A stretch of 26,059 nt of DNA, taken from positions 1 through 26,059 of the forward strand of contig JAVRCJ020000066.1 in the NCBI GenBank assembly GCA_034530875.2. Direction: 5' to 3'. The stretch is from Nostoc sp. DedSLP01 (GTDB taxonomy: Bacteria > Cyanobacteriota > Cyanobacteriia > Cyanobacteriales > Nostocaceae). The translations under genes and the position numbers were made by a program. Positions within the stretch are counted from its first letter, which is position 1. Every line of letters starts with the position of its first letter. Positions 7,603 through 17,843 of this stretch are shown piece by piece. The notes beneath the pieces are model-generated. The model saw nothing but the letters and a program-made list of their open reading frames with translations. It was not told the origin of the DNA and did no database searches.

Positions 7603-9678
7603 TTAAAAATCTACATCGTTAGAAAAGGGTTTCAACCGAGCTGTAACTCTTAATTTACTCAGCCTCCGAACTAGGCGCAAAGCTTGTTGTTTGTATAATG
7701 CTTTTGGTAGACATCCGGGTAAATTATCCATCAACTTTCTAGCTGTGCCGATGCTACATCCTGAGATAATACTTATTTCATTCGCACCATCAAAAATAGC
7801 ATCTTGAGCTAATGCTTTCTCGATTTCTACCTGCCAAGTTTGACGAAACATTTTGCCGCGTTCGATTCGCTGGAGGCTGTTACTATTTGCCAGAACGATG
7901 AGGCGATCGCCAATAGCAAGTTGTATATTATCAGAGGGTATTAATTTTACAGGCGATCGCTTCTGGCTTTGGTATAAAATTGGTACAACTCCATAACCAT
8001 AAGCAACTTCAGCCAATAATAATCCGTTAAGCGTATCCCCAGCTTCAATTGCGTACTCGACTACTAAAATAGTTTGGCTATCGAAGTTAAATAAACTCAG
8101 AATATTTTCTCCAAAAGCCGCAGCTGCAAAAACTTCTGCTGAAATAGCAGAGGTGCAAATAACTTGAGCGTAAGGAAACAAACGCGCAACATTATCACGA
8201 AAATATCGGTCATAACTCCGAATTACTACACGAGTTGTAGGGCTTTTGGCGCGTACCATCAAAGCTATTTCCAGATTTTCCATGTCATCGTCTGTAAGTA
8301 CAACGACACTTTTACTGTTAGCAAGATTTACTTTCTCTATAGCATCAGCAATATTATCAATAACTAGTGGGATTTTGTTAAAAAAATCTACGTTTAGTGC
8401 TGTACTACTAATACCTACGAAAGGTTGTTTGAATTCTTCTAATAAATCAGCAACTCGTTGACCGACTCTATTTAATCCAATCAGTATCACATGGTCTTTT
8501 TGAGGAATTGCTTGCTGGTAATTATGGAAAAAATGGAACCTGGCACTTAACAGAGCATCAGTTAATAATGCATACAATACCCCAACAAAACCTATACCTA
8601 TTAAAGTTAATGCAAGGCTAAACAATCGCAACCAACCTGGCATATTTTGAGCTTGCTCTGGTGGCGTTTTAAAATTAATGCTGCCAAAAACATCTCCGTA
8701 TCCTCCCAAAAGCAATACAGCAGTGGCATAAAATGCTTCTAAGATGTTACTTTCAGGATAATTTAAGATATAGATAACTGTACCAAACAACCAGAGAAAA
8801 AGTACTGTAACTCCACAAATTATTGCCACCCGTAAACTTTGATAACGGTAGAATGTGCGCGAGAAATATACAATTTTCTCTTGGAGGTTTTTCCATGTGA
8901 CTGATTGAATATGTTGCCATAACTGCTGCCAGTTGTATTTAGGCTGATTAGTAAGTTTTTTTGCACTTTTAATTTGGTCTGCAACTTCAATATAAATAAC
9001 CGTATCGTTGGAATGTAATATTGCTTCTGGTTCCCACTGATGAAATTCTTTCGGCAATGGAGATGAATCATCCGTATGGTTTAATACCCGACGTTGTAGC
9101 GTATTAAGTTCGTATATATTTAATTTGTTGCACCAGTTATCATTTATTTTTATCTGATGTTTAACTACCTTAAATTGATGTCCTTCTAATTGAAAATAAC
9201 CAATACTTTCATCTCCAAGGGCTGCAATAGCAAAGCCAGAAGCAGAGATTTGATTTGGTTCAAAGGCTATAAAATTACCAAGAGTCTGACTTAAAAGTTC
9301 ATTGAGTTTTTGTTTATCAGAACGAACAACTAAGCGGACTTGAGGATTTAACAACCTTGCTGCAAAGGCAGCTTCTATATTTACTCTCTCATTACTAGTG
9401 GCTAAGATGATAGTCCGGCATTGGCTAATGTTTGCCTGTTCTAAAACACTAGCCTGGCGGCAATCTCCGATGCATAAATTATCTAATAAATTTAATAAAT
9501 TTGGAATTTCTAAATCTTTGGGTTGTTCTCGATCTATAGCATTCACAACAACACCATATTCATTGAGAATCGCAACACAATGCTGGCCTAAACTTCCTAG
9601 CCCACAAACTATAAAACGATCTAGTTTTGTTTGAGAATTTTCAATAGGCTGGTAATTACTTTCTGATGGTGGCAGCAT
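7603..9678 (-). CDS. Potassium-channel-like protein with two TrkA-N (RCK) domains
   Basis: Rossmann motifs FIVCGLGSLG and VILIGLNRVG flank a 2-TM pore region containing AFYATAVLLLGGYGD. Start placed at MLPPSES (9678); the ORF track start is 9747. Confidence 0.88.
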   Translation of the reverse strand: MLPPSESNYQPIENSQTKLDRFIVCGLGSLGQHCVAILNEYGVVVNAIDREQPKDLEIPNLLNLLDNLCIGDCRQASVLEQANISQCRTIILATSNERVNIEAAFAARLLNPQVRLVVRSDKQKLNELLSQTLGNFIAFEPNQISASGFAIAALGDESIGYFQLEGHQFKVVKHQIKINDNWCNKLNIYELNTLQRRVLNHTDDSSPLPKEFHQWEPEAILHSNDTVIYIEVADQIKSAKKLTNQPKYNWQQLWQHIQSVTWKNLQEKIVYFSRTFYRYQSLRVAIICGVTVLFLWLFGTVIYILNYPESNILEAFYATAVLLLGGYGDVFGSINFKTPPEQAQNMPGWLRLFSLALTLIGIGFVGVLYALLTDALLSARFHFFHNYQQAIPQKDHVILIGLNRVGQRVADLLEEFKQPFVGISSTALNVDFFNKIPLVIDNIADAIEKVNLANSKSVVVLTDDDMENLEIALMVRAKSPTTRVVIRSYDRYFRDNVARLFPYAQVICTSAISAEVFAAAAFGENILSLFNFDSQTILVVEYAIEAGDTLNGLLLAEVAYGYGVVPILYQSQKRSPVKLIPSDNIQLAIGDRLIVLANSNSLQRIERGKMFRQTWQVEIEKALAQDAIFDGANEISIISGCSIGTARKLMDNLPGCLPKALYKQQALRLVRRLSKLRVTARLKPFSNDVDF

Positions 9679-9753
9679 ATAATTGCGCTGATGGTACACA
9701 CTTGGCTGAGGCGTATCATATACTGCTATTCTAATGGGTAAACACATGAAAGA

Positions 9754-9779
9754 TACAGACGCGATTCATCGCGTCTGTA
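9754..9779. repeat. REP/SDR-like palindrome between divergent genes
   Basis: TACAGACGCGAT-TC-ATCGCGTCTGTA, related to the 5695-5725 palindrome. Confidence 0.8.
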
Positions 9780-9811
9780 CAATTAAAGGATTTGTCAGAG
9801 AAACAAGAATT

Positions 9812-10999
9812 ATGCAATTAAAAAATAAATTCTTTCAGACAATTCCCCGTACTATTTGGGTGTTGGGATTTGTCAGTCTGCTGACAGATATTAGCTCCGA
9901 GATGATTAATTCTCTGCTGCCTTTGTTTTTGGTATCAGCTTTAAAGGCAAACGTGCTAACTGTAGGCATTATTGAAGGGGTTGCGGAAGCAACAGCTTCA
10001 ATTTTGAAAGTCTTTTCGGGAGTATTAAGCGATTATTTGGGACATCGCAAAGCTTTAGCGGTGTTTGGCTATGGGTTATCTACCTTTGTGAAACCTCTAT
10101 TTGCTGTAGCTAGCAGCCCGACAGGGGTGTTAATAGCTCGATTTGGCGATCGCGTCGGCAAAGGTATTCGAGTCGCACCCCGCGATGCTTTAGTTGCCGA
10201 TTCTAGTAACCCAGAGGTACGCGGTGCGGCCTACGGATTGCGTCAATCTCTCGATACTATCGGCGCATTCTTAGGGCCTTTGGCAGCATTTGCACTGATG
10301 GCTGCTTTTGCAAATAACTTCCGCCTGGTTTTTTGGCTGGCACTCATCCCTGGCTTTTTAGCAGTAGCTTTATTAACAGTAGGAGTCAAAGAACCGAGAA
10401 CAAATCAAACTCAACCAAAGCGAAGTAATCCTCTGCAATGGGAAGCTTTACGCAGTTTAGGCCATCAATATTGGGTACTTGTAGCAGTCGCGCTGCTATT
10501 CAATTTAGGCAACTCCAGCAATGCGTTTTTATTGCTAAGAGCAGAACAAACAGGTATTTCTGCTTCATTCATACCCTTAACATTAATGGTGATAAATATA
10601 GCTTATTCGTTGAGTGCCTACCCAATAGGAATACTTTCCGATCGCTTGGGCAGATTTTGGTTACTCGTAAGCGGATTTCTCCTTTACGCTGTAGTATATC
10701 TGGGCTTCGCCTTCGTACAAGCACCTTGGCAAGCTTGGGGATTGTTTGCCCTGTATGGTTTGCATCTGGGCATGAGTAAAGGATTGCTGCTGGCGTTAGT
10801 ATCGGATAGCATACCTGCAAATCTGCGTGGCACCGCTTTTGGATTTTTCAACTTGGCTATAGGAATAGCACTTTTACCTGCAAGTTTTCTAGCTGGTGGT
10901 TTGTGGGAAACGATGGGAGCAAAAGCAACATTTATCGCTGGGAGTTTATTTGCGATCGCATCTGTATTGTTGTTACTCTCTCAAAGAAACAAATATTAA
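9812..10999 (+). CDS. MFS transporter
   Basis: About 12 hydrophobic segments, MFS motif A (GVLSDYLGHRK and GILSDRLGR), RFGDRVGKGIRVAPRDAL. Start placed at MQLKNK (9812) because the longer ORF overlaps the divergent gene region and the palindrome. Confidence 0.93.
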   Translation: MQLKNKFFQTIPRTIWVLGFVSLLTDISSEMINSLLPLFLVSALKANVLTVGIIEGVAEATASILKVFSGVLSDYLGHRKALAVFGYGLSTFVKPLFAVASSPTGVLIARFGDRVGKGIRVAPRDALVADSSNPEVRGAAYGLRQSLDTIGAFLGPLAAFALMAAFANNFRLVFWLALIPGFLAVALLTVGVKEPRTNQTQPKRSNPLQWEALRSLGHQYWVLVAVALLFNLGNSSNAFLLLRAEQTGISASFIPLTLMVINIAYSLSAYPIGILSDRLGRFWLLVSGFLLYAVVYLGFAFVQAPWQAWGLFALYGLHLGMSKGLLLALVSDSIPANLRGTAFGFFNLAIGIALLPASFLAGGLWETMGAKATFIAGSLFAIASVLLLLSQRNKY

Positions 11000-11019
11000 A
11001 AAATGGTATCCTGAAATTA

Positions 11020-11250
11020 ATGTCAAAAGGATAAAGGAAAATCGTACATAAATTTGCTGGGCAAAAGGTTTCTGAAATCCTGAAGTACAAGAAGGGTAGT
11101 ATCAAGCAAGCTCCACTTCCGGAAGAATCACCAAGTTGGGATGAGTTTTGTGAAATGTTATGGGAAGAAATCGAAGCAGGAGCAGAATTAAATTATCCAG
11201 GTTTTAAAGTAGTTCGCAAGTTATTAAGTGATAAGAGGTTTGACAAATGA
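11020..11250 (+). pseudogene. Small toxin-like protein interrupted by an in-frame TAA at codon 5
   Basis: Hand translation: MSKG*RKIVHKFAGQKVSEILKYKKGSIKQAPLPEESPSWDEFCEMLWEEIEAGAELNYPGFKVVRKLLSDKRFDK*. Its TGA (11248-11250) overlaps the next ATG (11247-11249). Not in the ORF track. The toxin call is inference. Confidence 0.7.
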
Positions 11251-11543
11251 AGAGTTATGGATTTAGCAAACTAGTTACCTTTTTAAATCAATTGGAACAA
11301 GAGAAAATTAGTTATACTTTAGCCCATCATCGCGATGAAACTATTATGGTGAATGTAGCGGTGGCTGGAGAGCGATGGGAAGTCGAATTTTTTGAGGATG
11401 GTTCCGTTGAGGTAGAACGATTTATTAGTAGTGGAGAAATTAATGGGGAAGAGGTTTTTAGTGAATTATTTGCTATGTATGCAGAACCAGAAAGTAATTC
11501 TGTTAAACTTAGCCAAAATACTAACTTGGCAACTACGACATAA
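11247..11543 (+). CDS. Small acidic protein, putative immunity/antitoxin partner
   Basis: 98 aa, Glu-rich (GERWEVEFFEDGSVEVERF), translationally coupled to the upstream ORF by ATGA. Confidence 0.75.
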   Translation: MKSYGFSKLVTFLNQLEQEKISYTLAHHRDETIMVNVAVAGERWEVEFFEDGSVEVERFISSGEINGEEVFSELFAMYAEPESNSVKLSQNTNLATTT

Positions 11544-11604
11544 AGCGATCGCACTGCATCTTACCAGGAAAATCGAACCTTTAATTTAACTGCTCATCTT
11601 AAGG

Positions 11605-12546
11605 CTAATCATTATTTGTATATGTGATTACTGGGGAACGAAGTTCGTATCCGACTATGGCAGAGTAGAGACGGCGTATAACGTCTTCAATTTTATAACT
11701 TTTACGCTGTAAATCTGGATAGAAAGCCCCTTCATGTAGAATCTTGCTGCGGATTATATAAGCTTCTTCCAGAATTTCTAATGCCATTTTGTCCTCAGTT
11801 AAATGAGTTGTAATAAGGCGTTTAATAGCGTGTGATACAGATTCGCGCTTTAGATTCCTGATACTCCCTTCGAGCGATCGCTTTATATCATCAGGTAAAT
11901 CCACTGAATCTTGCACCTTATTTAAGGTATCTTTTATAATTTCTTTTAAATCTGGGTATTCAAATTTTTTTTGTTCAGCTAATGGCTCAAGTGCCGATAC
12001 AAGACCAACAAATCTTGCACGTTCTGTTGCCTCTAAACGAGCTGCGGCAAAAAGCTCCATTGAGACGAGCAGCCGTTTATTATTAATTGGTATGTTAGAA
12101 GTGAAACTTTCCTCCAGTACTTCAACAACTAGGCTTGCTCCATTAATAAGAGAGGACTTACTATGAGATGACATCACTATCCGTCCGTATGGAGTCCGAT
12201 CGTATACCACACATGGCAGTGGAGTGTGATATTCTAACCGTAGTGGACATCTTAATGAGACTGCTGCCCACAAAACTGACATTGCAAACTTTAAACCAGC
12301 TTCCTCTGCTTCGCTAGCAGTAGCAAAACCTTCTAAATAAGCTGTAAATTTCTGAAACTCAAACTTCTTGTTTTGCTGAGGAATGAGACGAACTATCAGC
12401 TCATTACCCAAAATCAAACAACTTTCTCCATCAAAACCAAACTGATTGTTGCCACCAAGAATAATATCAACCTTTGAGCCATAGGGTCTGAGTTGAGGTT
12501 TATCTGCTATTTCGTATCTTGTCTTTGGTAAATGATTATTTGGCAT
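11605..12546 (-). CDS. HEPN-domain protein (ApeA/MauJ-like), putative RNase
   Basis: C-terminal helical domain with LVSALE(P)L followed by YIIRSKILHEG (RxxxxH, 11734-11751). The N-terminal domain is predicted beta-rich. Confidence 0.72.
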   Translation of the reverse strand: MPNNHLPKTRYEIADKPQLRPYGSKVDIILGGNNQFGFDGESCLILGNELIVRLIPQQNKKFEFQKFTAYLEGFATASEAEEAGLKFAMSVLWAAVSLRCPLRLEYHTPLPCVVYDRTPYGRIVMSSHSKSSLINGASLVVEVLEESFTSNIPINNKRLLVSMELFAAARLEATERARFVGLVSALEPLAEQKKFEYPDLKEIIKDTLNKVQDSVDLPDDIKRSLEGSIRNLKRESVSHAIKRLITTHLTEDKMALEILEEAYIIRSKILHEGAFYPDLQRKSYKIEDVIRRLYSAIVGYELRSPVITYTNND

Positions 12547-12796
12547 TTGCTAATCTTACTCTTCTAAGTATTGCCTGTTGAGTAACTTTAACTATAACCT
12601 TTAAGATGCCAAAAGCGATGTCTAATAAACCTATGCCTTAAAGTTTTTTGTAATTTGCTTAATTCTTTAATTGCGGTTTATATCACTATTTACTGAAATG
12701 ACAACGCACCTTCTAATGCATTAATTTCTGGCGGCATAATTCCAATACTCAGATTAGAAAGCAACTTACAATCAGCAATCTCTACTCGCTCATTTA

Positions 12797-13435
12797 CTAA
12801 ATCATTGCTTCTAATTCTTGTAAAGCTTGAAAACTTCCTACTTGCCAACTACGTTCTACAGTTGCAGGAATAATTTGAGTAATAGCTATATCTTCAAAAT
12901 TAGGACTCGTGTCAGATTTTATATATTTCCCATCTTTGAGTAAATAAATCGAAAGACTTCCGCTATCGTAAAACCATAATTCTGGTAGTCTAATGGCTTC
13001 ATAAGCATTAAGAGTAGTTTTTGATGTGACATCAGTCTCAATCGCTAAATCTGGCGGCGGAGCGTCAGGTTGTAAGCGGCGACGACCAATCATTTGTTGA
13101 TAATTCTGAATATAAAAGCAAGCATCGGGTTCAACTCCTGCTAGACCTTGCTTTTTAAATGTGGTGGAACCAAAAGGTTGATATCTGATAGCTTTAGCTT
13201 TAAGTAATATTTTGACAATATCAGAAATTAAATCTTTGGGTATTTCATGTTCTGGTAAAGGAGCCATAATTTCTAAATTACCCTGGCTGTAGGAAATTCT
13301 TGTAGTTCTTTTGTTTCCCAATTCTTGCAAAATAGATTCAAATTCTTCCCAGCTAACATTAGGAACAGTTACGGTGCTACCAGGTGACAATTGCATCTGG
13401 CTAACAGGTTTGAAAACGGGAATGGCAGGAGTCAT
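12797..13435 (-). CDS. Uma2 family PD-(D/E)xK endonuclease
   Basis: VSWEEFE, LEIMAPLPEHE, FGSTTF, VEPDACFYI, PPPDLAIETD, Y....PELW. ATG at 13435; the ORF track uses TTG at 13441. Confidence 0.95.
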   Translation of the reverse strand: MTPAIPVFKPVSQMQLSPGSTVTVPNVSWEEFESILQELGNKRTTRISYSQGNLEIMAPLPEHEIPKDLISDIVKILLKAKAIRYQPFGSTTFKKQGLAGVEPDACFYIQNYQQMIGRRRLQPDAPPPDLAIETDVTSKTTLNAYEAIRLPELWFYDSGSLSIYLLKDGKYIKSDTSPNFEDIAITQIIPATVERSWQVGSFQALQELEAMI

Positions 13436-13477
13436 AACCAAAATATAAATAAGCTAAATCTCAAGAATTACCTATCG

Positions 13478-13509
13478 GGTTGCGGTGGCTAATATAGCCC
13501 ACCGTAACC
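13478..13509. terminator. Imperfect stem-loop downstream of dapL
   Basis: GGTTGCGGTGGCTA-ATA-TAGCCCACCGTAACC, about 50 nt past the dapL stop. Confidence 0.5.
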
Positions 13510-13557
13510 TTTAGACTAACAAAATGAGTTTAACAAAGGCAGCAAAAAGCGATCGCC

Positions 13558-14793
13558 CTACACTTTAAACTTCTCTGTAATCCGCTTCATTGCTTCTTCG
13601 ACATTCTCCCGGCTGTTAAATGCGGAAATTCTAAAGTAACCTTCACCCGCAGCGCCAAAGCCAGAACCTGGCGTTCCAACAACGTTGACGGTTTGCAGCA
13701 ATTTATCAAAGAATTCCCAACTAGATAAACCATTAGGCGTTTTCACCCAAACGTAAGGTGCATTCACGCCACCATAAACTGAGAGTCCGGCGGCTGTGAG
13801 TTTCTCGCGGATAATTTTGGCGTTTTCTAAATAGAAACTCACTAATTCTTTGATTTGGGCTTGTCCGGCTTCAGAATAAACTGCTTCGGCTCCCCGTTGG
13901 ACGATGTAAGAAACGCCATTAAATTTAGTAGACTGGCGACGGTTCCAGAGTTTCCACAATTCCACATCGGAACCATCGGCGGCTTTTGCTGTGAGTGTCT
14001 TCGGTACCACAGTTAAGGCACAGCGAGTTCCTGTAAAGCCTGCATTCTTGGAGAAAGACCGAAATTCGATCGCAACTTCTCTTGCACCTTCAATTTCATA
14101 AATTGAATGGGGAAGCGATGCATCGGTAATGTAAGCTTCGTAGGCGGCATCAAAGAAAATAATCGAGTTATTAGCTTTGGCATAGTCCACCCATCCCTTG
14201 AGATGTTCTTTGGTAGCAGTGGCACCGGTGGGGTTGTTGGGAAAGCAGAGATAAATTAAATCTACTTTCTGGGAGGGAATCTCAGCAGTAAAGTTGTTTT
14301 CAGCCGAAATCGGTAGATAAACTAAACCTTCAAACTCACCTTTCTCGTTAGCATTCCCTGTATTTCCCGCCATGACATTAGTATCTACATATACGGGATA
14401 AACGGGATCGGTAACGGCAATGGTGTTGTCATGACCGAAGATTTCTAGGATATTGCCTGTGTCACACTTAGAACCATCGGAGATAAAAATTTCCGAAGCA
14501 TCGATTTCAGCCCCCCGTGCTTGAAAATCTTGAGCAGCAATTTTCTCCCGCAACCAAGCATAGCCTTGCTCTGGGCCGTAGCCTTTGAAGGTATTGCGAT
14601 CGCCCATTTCTTCCACAGCTTTTATCATCGCTGTCCGACAAGCTTCTGGCAGAGGTTCGGTAACATCACCAATGCCCAACCTAATGATTTTCGCATCAGG
14701 ATTCGCTTCTGCAAAAGCATTCACCCGCCGAGCAATTTCTGGAAACAGATAACCCGCTTTCAGCTTCAAGTAGTTGTCGTTAATACTTGCCAT
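13558..14793 (-). CDS. dapL: LL-diaminopimelate aminotransferase
   Basis: [64 protein letters not shown] (PLP lysine), TPGSGFG. Confidence 0.98.
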   Translation of the reverse strand: MASINDNYLKLKAGYLFPEIARRVNAFAEANPDAKIIRLGIGDVTEPLPEACRTAMIKAVEEMGDRNTFKGYGPEQGYAWLREKIAAQDFQARGAEIDASEIFISDGSKCDTGNILEIFGHDNTIAVTDPVYPVYVDTNVMAGNTGNANEKGEFEGLVYLPISAENNFTAEIPSQKVDLIYLCFPNNPTGATATKEHLKGWVDYAKANNSIIFFDAAYEAYITDASLPHSIYEIEGAREVAIEFRSFSKNAGFTGTRCALTVVPKTLTAKAADGSDVELWKLWNRRQSTKFNGVSYIVQRGAEAVYSEAGQAQIKELVSFYLENAKIIREKLTAAGLSVYGGVNAPYVWVKTPNGLSSWEFFDKLLQTVNVVGTPGSGFGAAGEGYFRISAFNSRENVEEAMKRITEKFKV

Positions 14794-14841
14794 AGTAAAT
14801 TATGAAAAACGCCCTAAAACAGCTTACTGCTATTCTGGGGC

Positions 14842-14917
14842 GGGGAGTGGGGAGTGGGGAGTGTGGGGAGTGTGGGGACTAGGGGGAAAGATTTCTTCCC
14901 AATGCCCAATGCCCAAT
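14842..14917. repeat. STRR heptamer/nonamer arrays (GGGGAGT)n and (CCCAATG)n
   Basis: Tandem repeats read directly between the NDH-2 stop and the dapL start. Confidence 0.85.
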
Positions 14918-16261
14918 TTAGACATTTACTGGCTGTTTATTCGCTTCTGATGTGTAAATTGCTAATTTTGTGACTGATTCTTGACCTGTAATTAGTCTGG
15001 CTCCACGATTGCGGGTGAAGTAGCTCCATGCCCATTGAAGCATCACTACCAATTTGTTGTTAAATTCAATCAAGAAATAGATGTGAATTAACAACCAAAA
15101 CGCCCATGCAAAGAAACCTTTGAGCTTGACAAAACCCAAATCTACCACAGCAGAATTGTGGCCAATCATCGCTAAACTACCGCGATCTACATAATTAAAG
15201 GCTGGCAAAGTTTCACCTACAAGGCGTTTTTGAATCAGTTCTGCAACGTATTCTCCTTGTTGGGTTGCTACAGGTGCAACACCGGGTAGTGGTTTTCCGT
15301 TTTGATGAGAAAAGTTCGCCAAGTCGCCAATTACAAAAATATTCGGATATCCTTTAATACTCAAGTCAGGTTCGACGATAACGCGTCCGGCGCGATCGCA
15401 TTCGGCACCTGTGCGTTCTGTTAGCACTTTTCCCATTGCCGAAGCTTTAACGCCTGCTGCCCATAATACAGTCTTTGAGGCAATCTCTTTTACTTCGTCC
15501 CCTTGTTTGAGGGTGACAATATCATTTTCAATATTAGTTACTAATGTTTTTGTCTGGACAACTACCCCTAACTGCGTCAGAGATGCTTCTGCTTCTTGGG
15601 ATAACTCTGGCGCAAAAGGTGGCAAAATCCGATCTAGTCCTTCTAAAAGTAAAATCTGCGCTTCTGAGGTGTCGATGTTGCGGAAATCTTCTCTCAGAGT
15701 TTGATTTGCGAGTTCTGCGATCGCCCCTGCTAACTCTACACCAGTAGGGCCGCCACCAACAATTACAAAAGTTAACCAGGCACGGCGTTTTACAGGGTCG
15801 GTTTCTTTTTCTGCGGCTTCAAATGCCATAAAAATCCGCCGACGCATTTCAATCGCATCTTCTACAGTTTTCAAACCAGGCGCGAATTCTTCCCAGTTAT
15901 CTTTACCAAAATACGAATGCTTCGCACCTGTGGCAACAATCAACGTGTCGTAAGGTATTGCTTCGTCGCCCACAATTACTTTTTGTGCTTCTGGATCGAT
16001 ATTATTCACCTCTCCCAGCAACACTTTTGTATTCTTGCTTTTGCTGAGTACAGAACGCAAAGGTGATGAGATATCAGCCGGAGATAAAGCACCCGTCGCG
16101 ACTTGGTACAACAACGGTTGAAATAGATGAAAGTTGCGTTTATCAATGAGAGTAACGTTTACTGCTGTCTTAGCAAGTGTTTTTGCTGCATAAAGTCCAC
16201 CAAAACCACCGCCAACAATGACAACTTGATGCGTTGGGTTATTGTCAAGTGAGTTCACCAT
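14918..16261 (-). CDS. Type II NADH dehydrogenase (NDH-2, FAD-dependent)
   Basis: VVIVGGGFGG, HLFQPLLYQVATG, VIVGGGPTGVELAG, IFVIGD, APVATQQG, C-terminal WAFWLLIHIYFL. Confidence 0.95.
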   Translation of the reverse strand: MVNSLDNNPTHQVVIVGGGFGGLYAAKTLAKTAVNVTLIDKRNFHLFQPLLYQVATGALSPADISSPLRSVLSKSKNTKVLLGEVNNIDPEAQKVIVGDEAIPYDTLIVATGAKHSYFGKDNWEEFAPGLKTVEDAIEMRRRIFMAFEAAEKETDPVKRRAWLTFVIVGGGPTGVELAGAIAELANQTLREDFRNIDTSEAQILLLEGLDRILPPFAPELSQEAEASLTQLGVVVQTKTLVTNIENDIVTLKQGDEVKEIASKTVLWAAGVKASAMGKVLTERTGAECDRAGRVIVEPDLSIKGYPNIFVIGDLANFSHQNGKPLPGVAPVATQQGEYVAELIQKRLVGETLPAFNYVDRGSLAMIGHNSAVVDLGFVKLKGFFAWAFWLLIHIYFLIEFNNKLVVMLQWAWSYFTRNRGARLITGQESVTKLAIYTSEANKQPVNV

Positions 16262-16555
16262 AAGAAATATTTCTCTGTGCGACGACTGCTGTAACTATTC
16301 TTAACAAATTTGTATCTAACTTGTCATCATAAATTTTGTATTGGTTTTTACATTTTCCAGATAATTAGTTAATCAAAACTTCATACGTATTGATAGAAAC
16401 TGAGGACTCAGTACTAAGGAATAGAAATAAATATTTAGTTATAAAAGTAACTTTTATACGCAAAAAATACTGAAAATATTTCTTGTGTAGATTTATCGGC
16501 GATCGATGGCCTATTTATGCAAAGAGACTGGAGACTAGACAAAACTTTCTCAATT

Positions 16556-16582
16556 CCCAGTCCCCAATCCCCAATCCCCAGT
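16556..16582. repeat. STRR1 array (CCCCART)n
   Basis: CCCAGT CCCCAAT CCCCAAT CCCCAGT upstream of ilvC. Confidence 0.85.
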
Positions 16583-16644
16583 CACCATTCCGTAGTTTTT
16601 CACTACACAATTTGAGGTACAATCAGAAGCCTGCCAATTAATGA

Positions 16645-17664
<1,020 letters not shown>

Positions 17665-17679
17665 ACAAAATAATGCGGC

Positions 17680-17842
17680 TAATTCGTAATTCGTAACCCT
17701 CCGACTTGTAAGTGGGGAGTAGGGAGTGGGGAGTAGGGAGTGGGGAAATACCACTTTCATACTTGGTGGTGAAACTTGTTTCATTGGGACTGCCTCCTGC
17801 TCCCTGCCTCCTGCCCCTTGCCTCCTCCTGCCTCCTGCCTTC
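17680..17842. repeat. Mixed heptamer arrays (AATTCGT), (GGGAGTR) and (CTGCCTC) between convergent ilvC and treH
   Basis: Tandem repeats read directly from the sequence. Confidence 0.85.
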
Positions 17843-17843
17843 G

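Noticed and set aside
9734..9811. N-terminal extensions of the MFS and channel ORFs
   Set aside because: They overlap head to head and the MFS extension reads through a palindromic repeat; downstream ATGs are more plausible.
12615..12640. GCGATGTCTA..., possibly a decayed HIP1-inserted SDR
   Set aside because: Only the first 10 nt fit and the closing CGC is absent; too weak to call.
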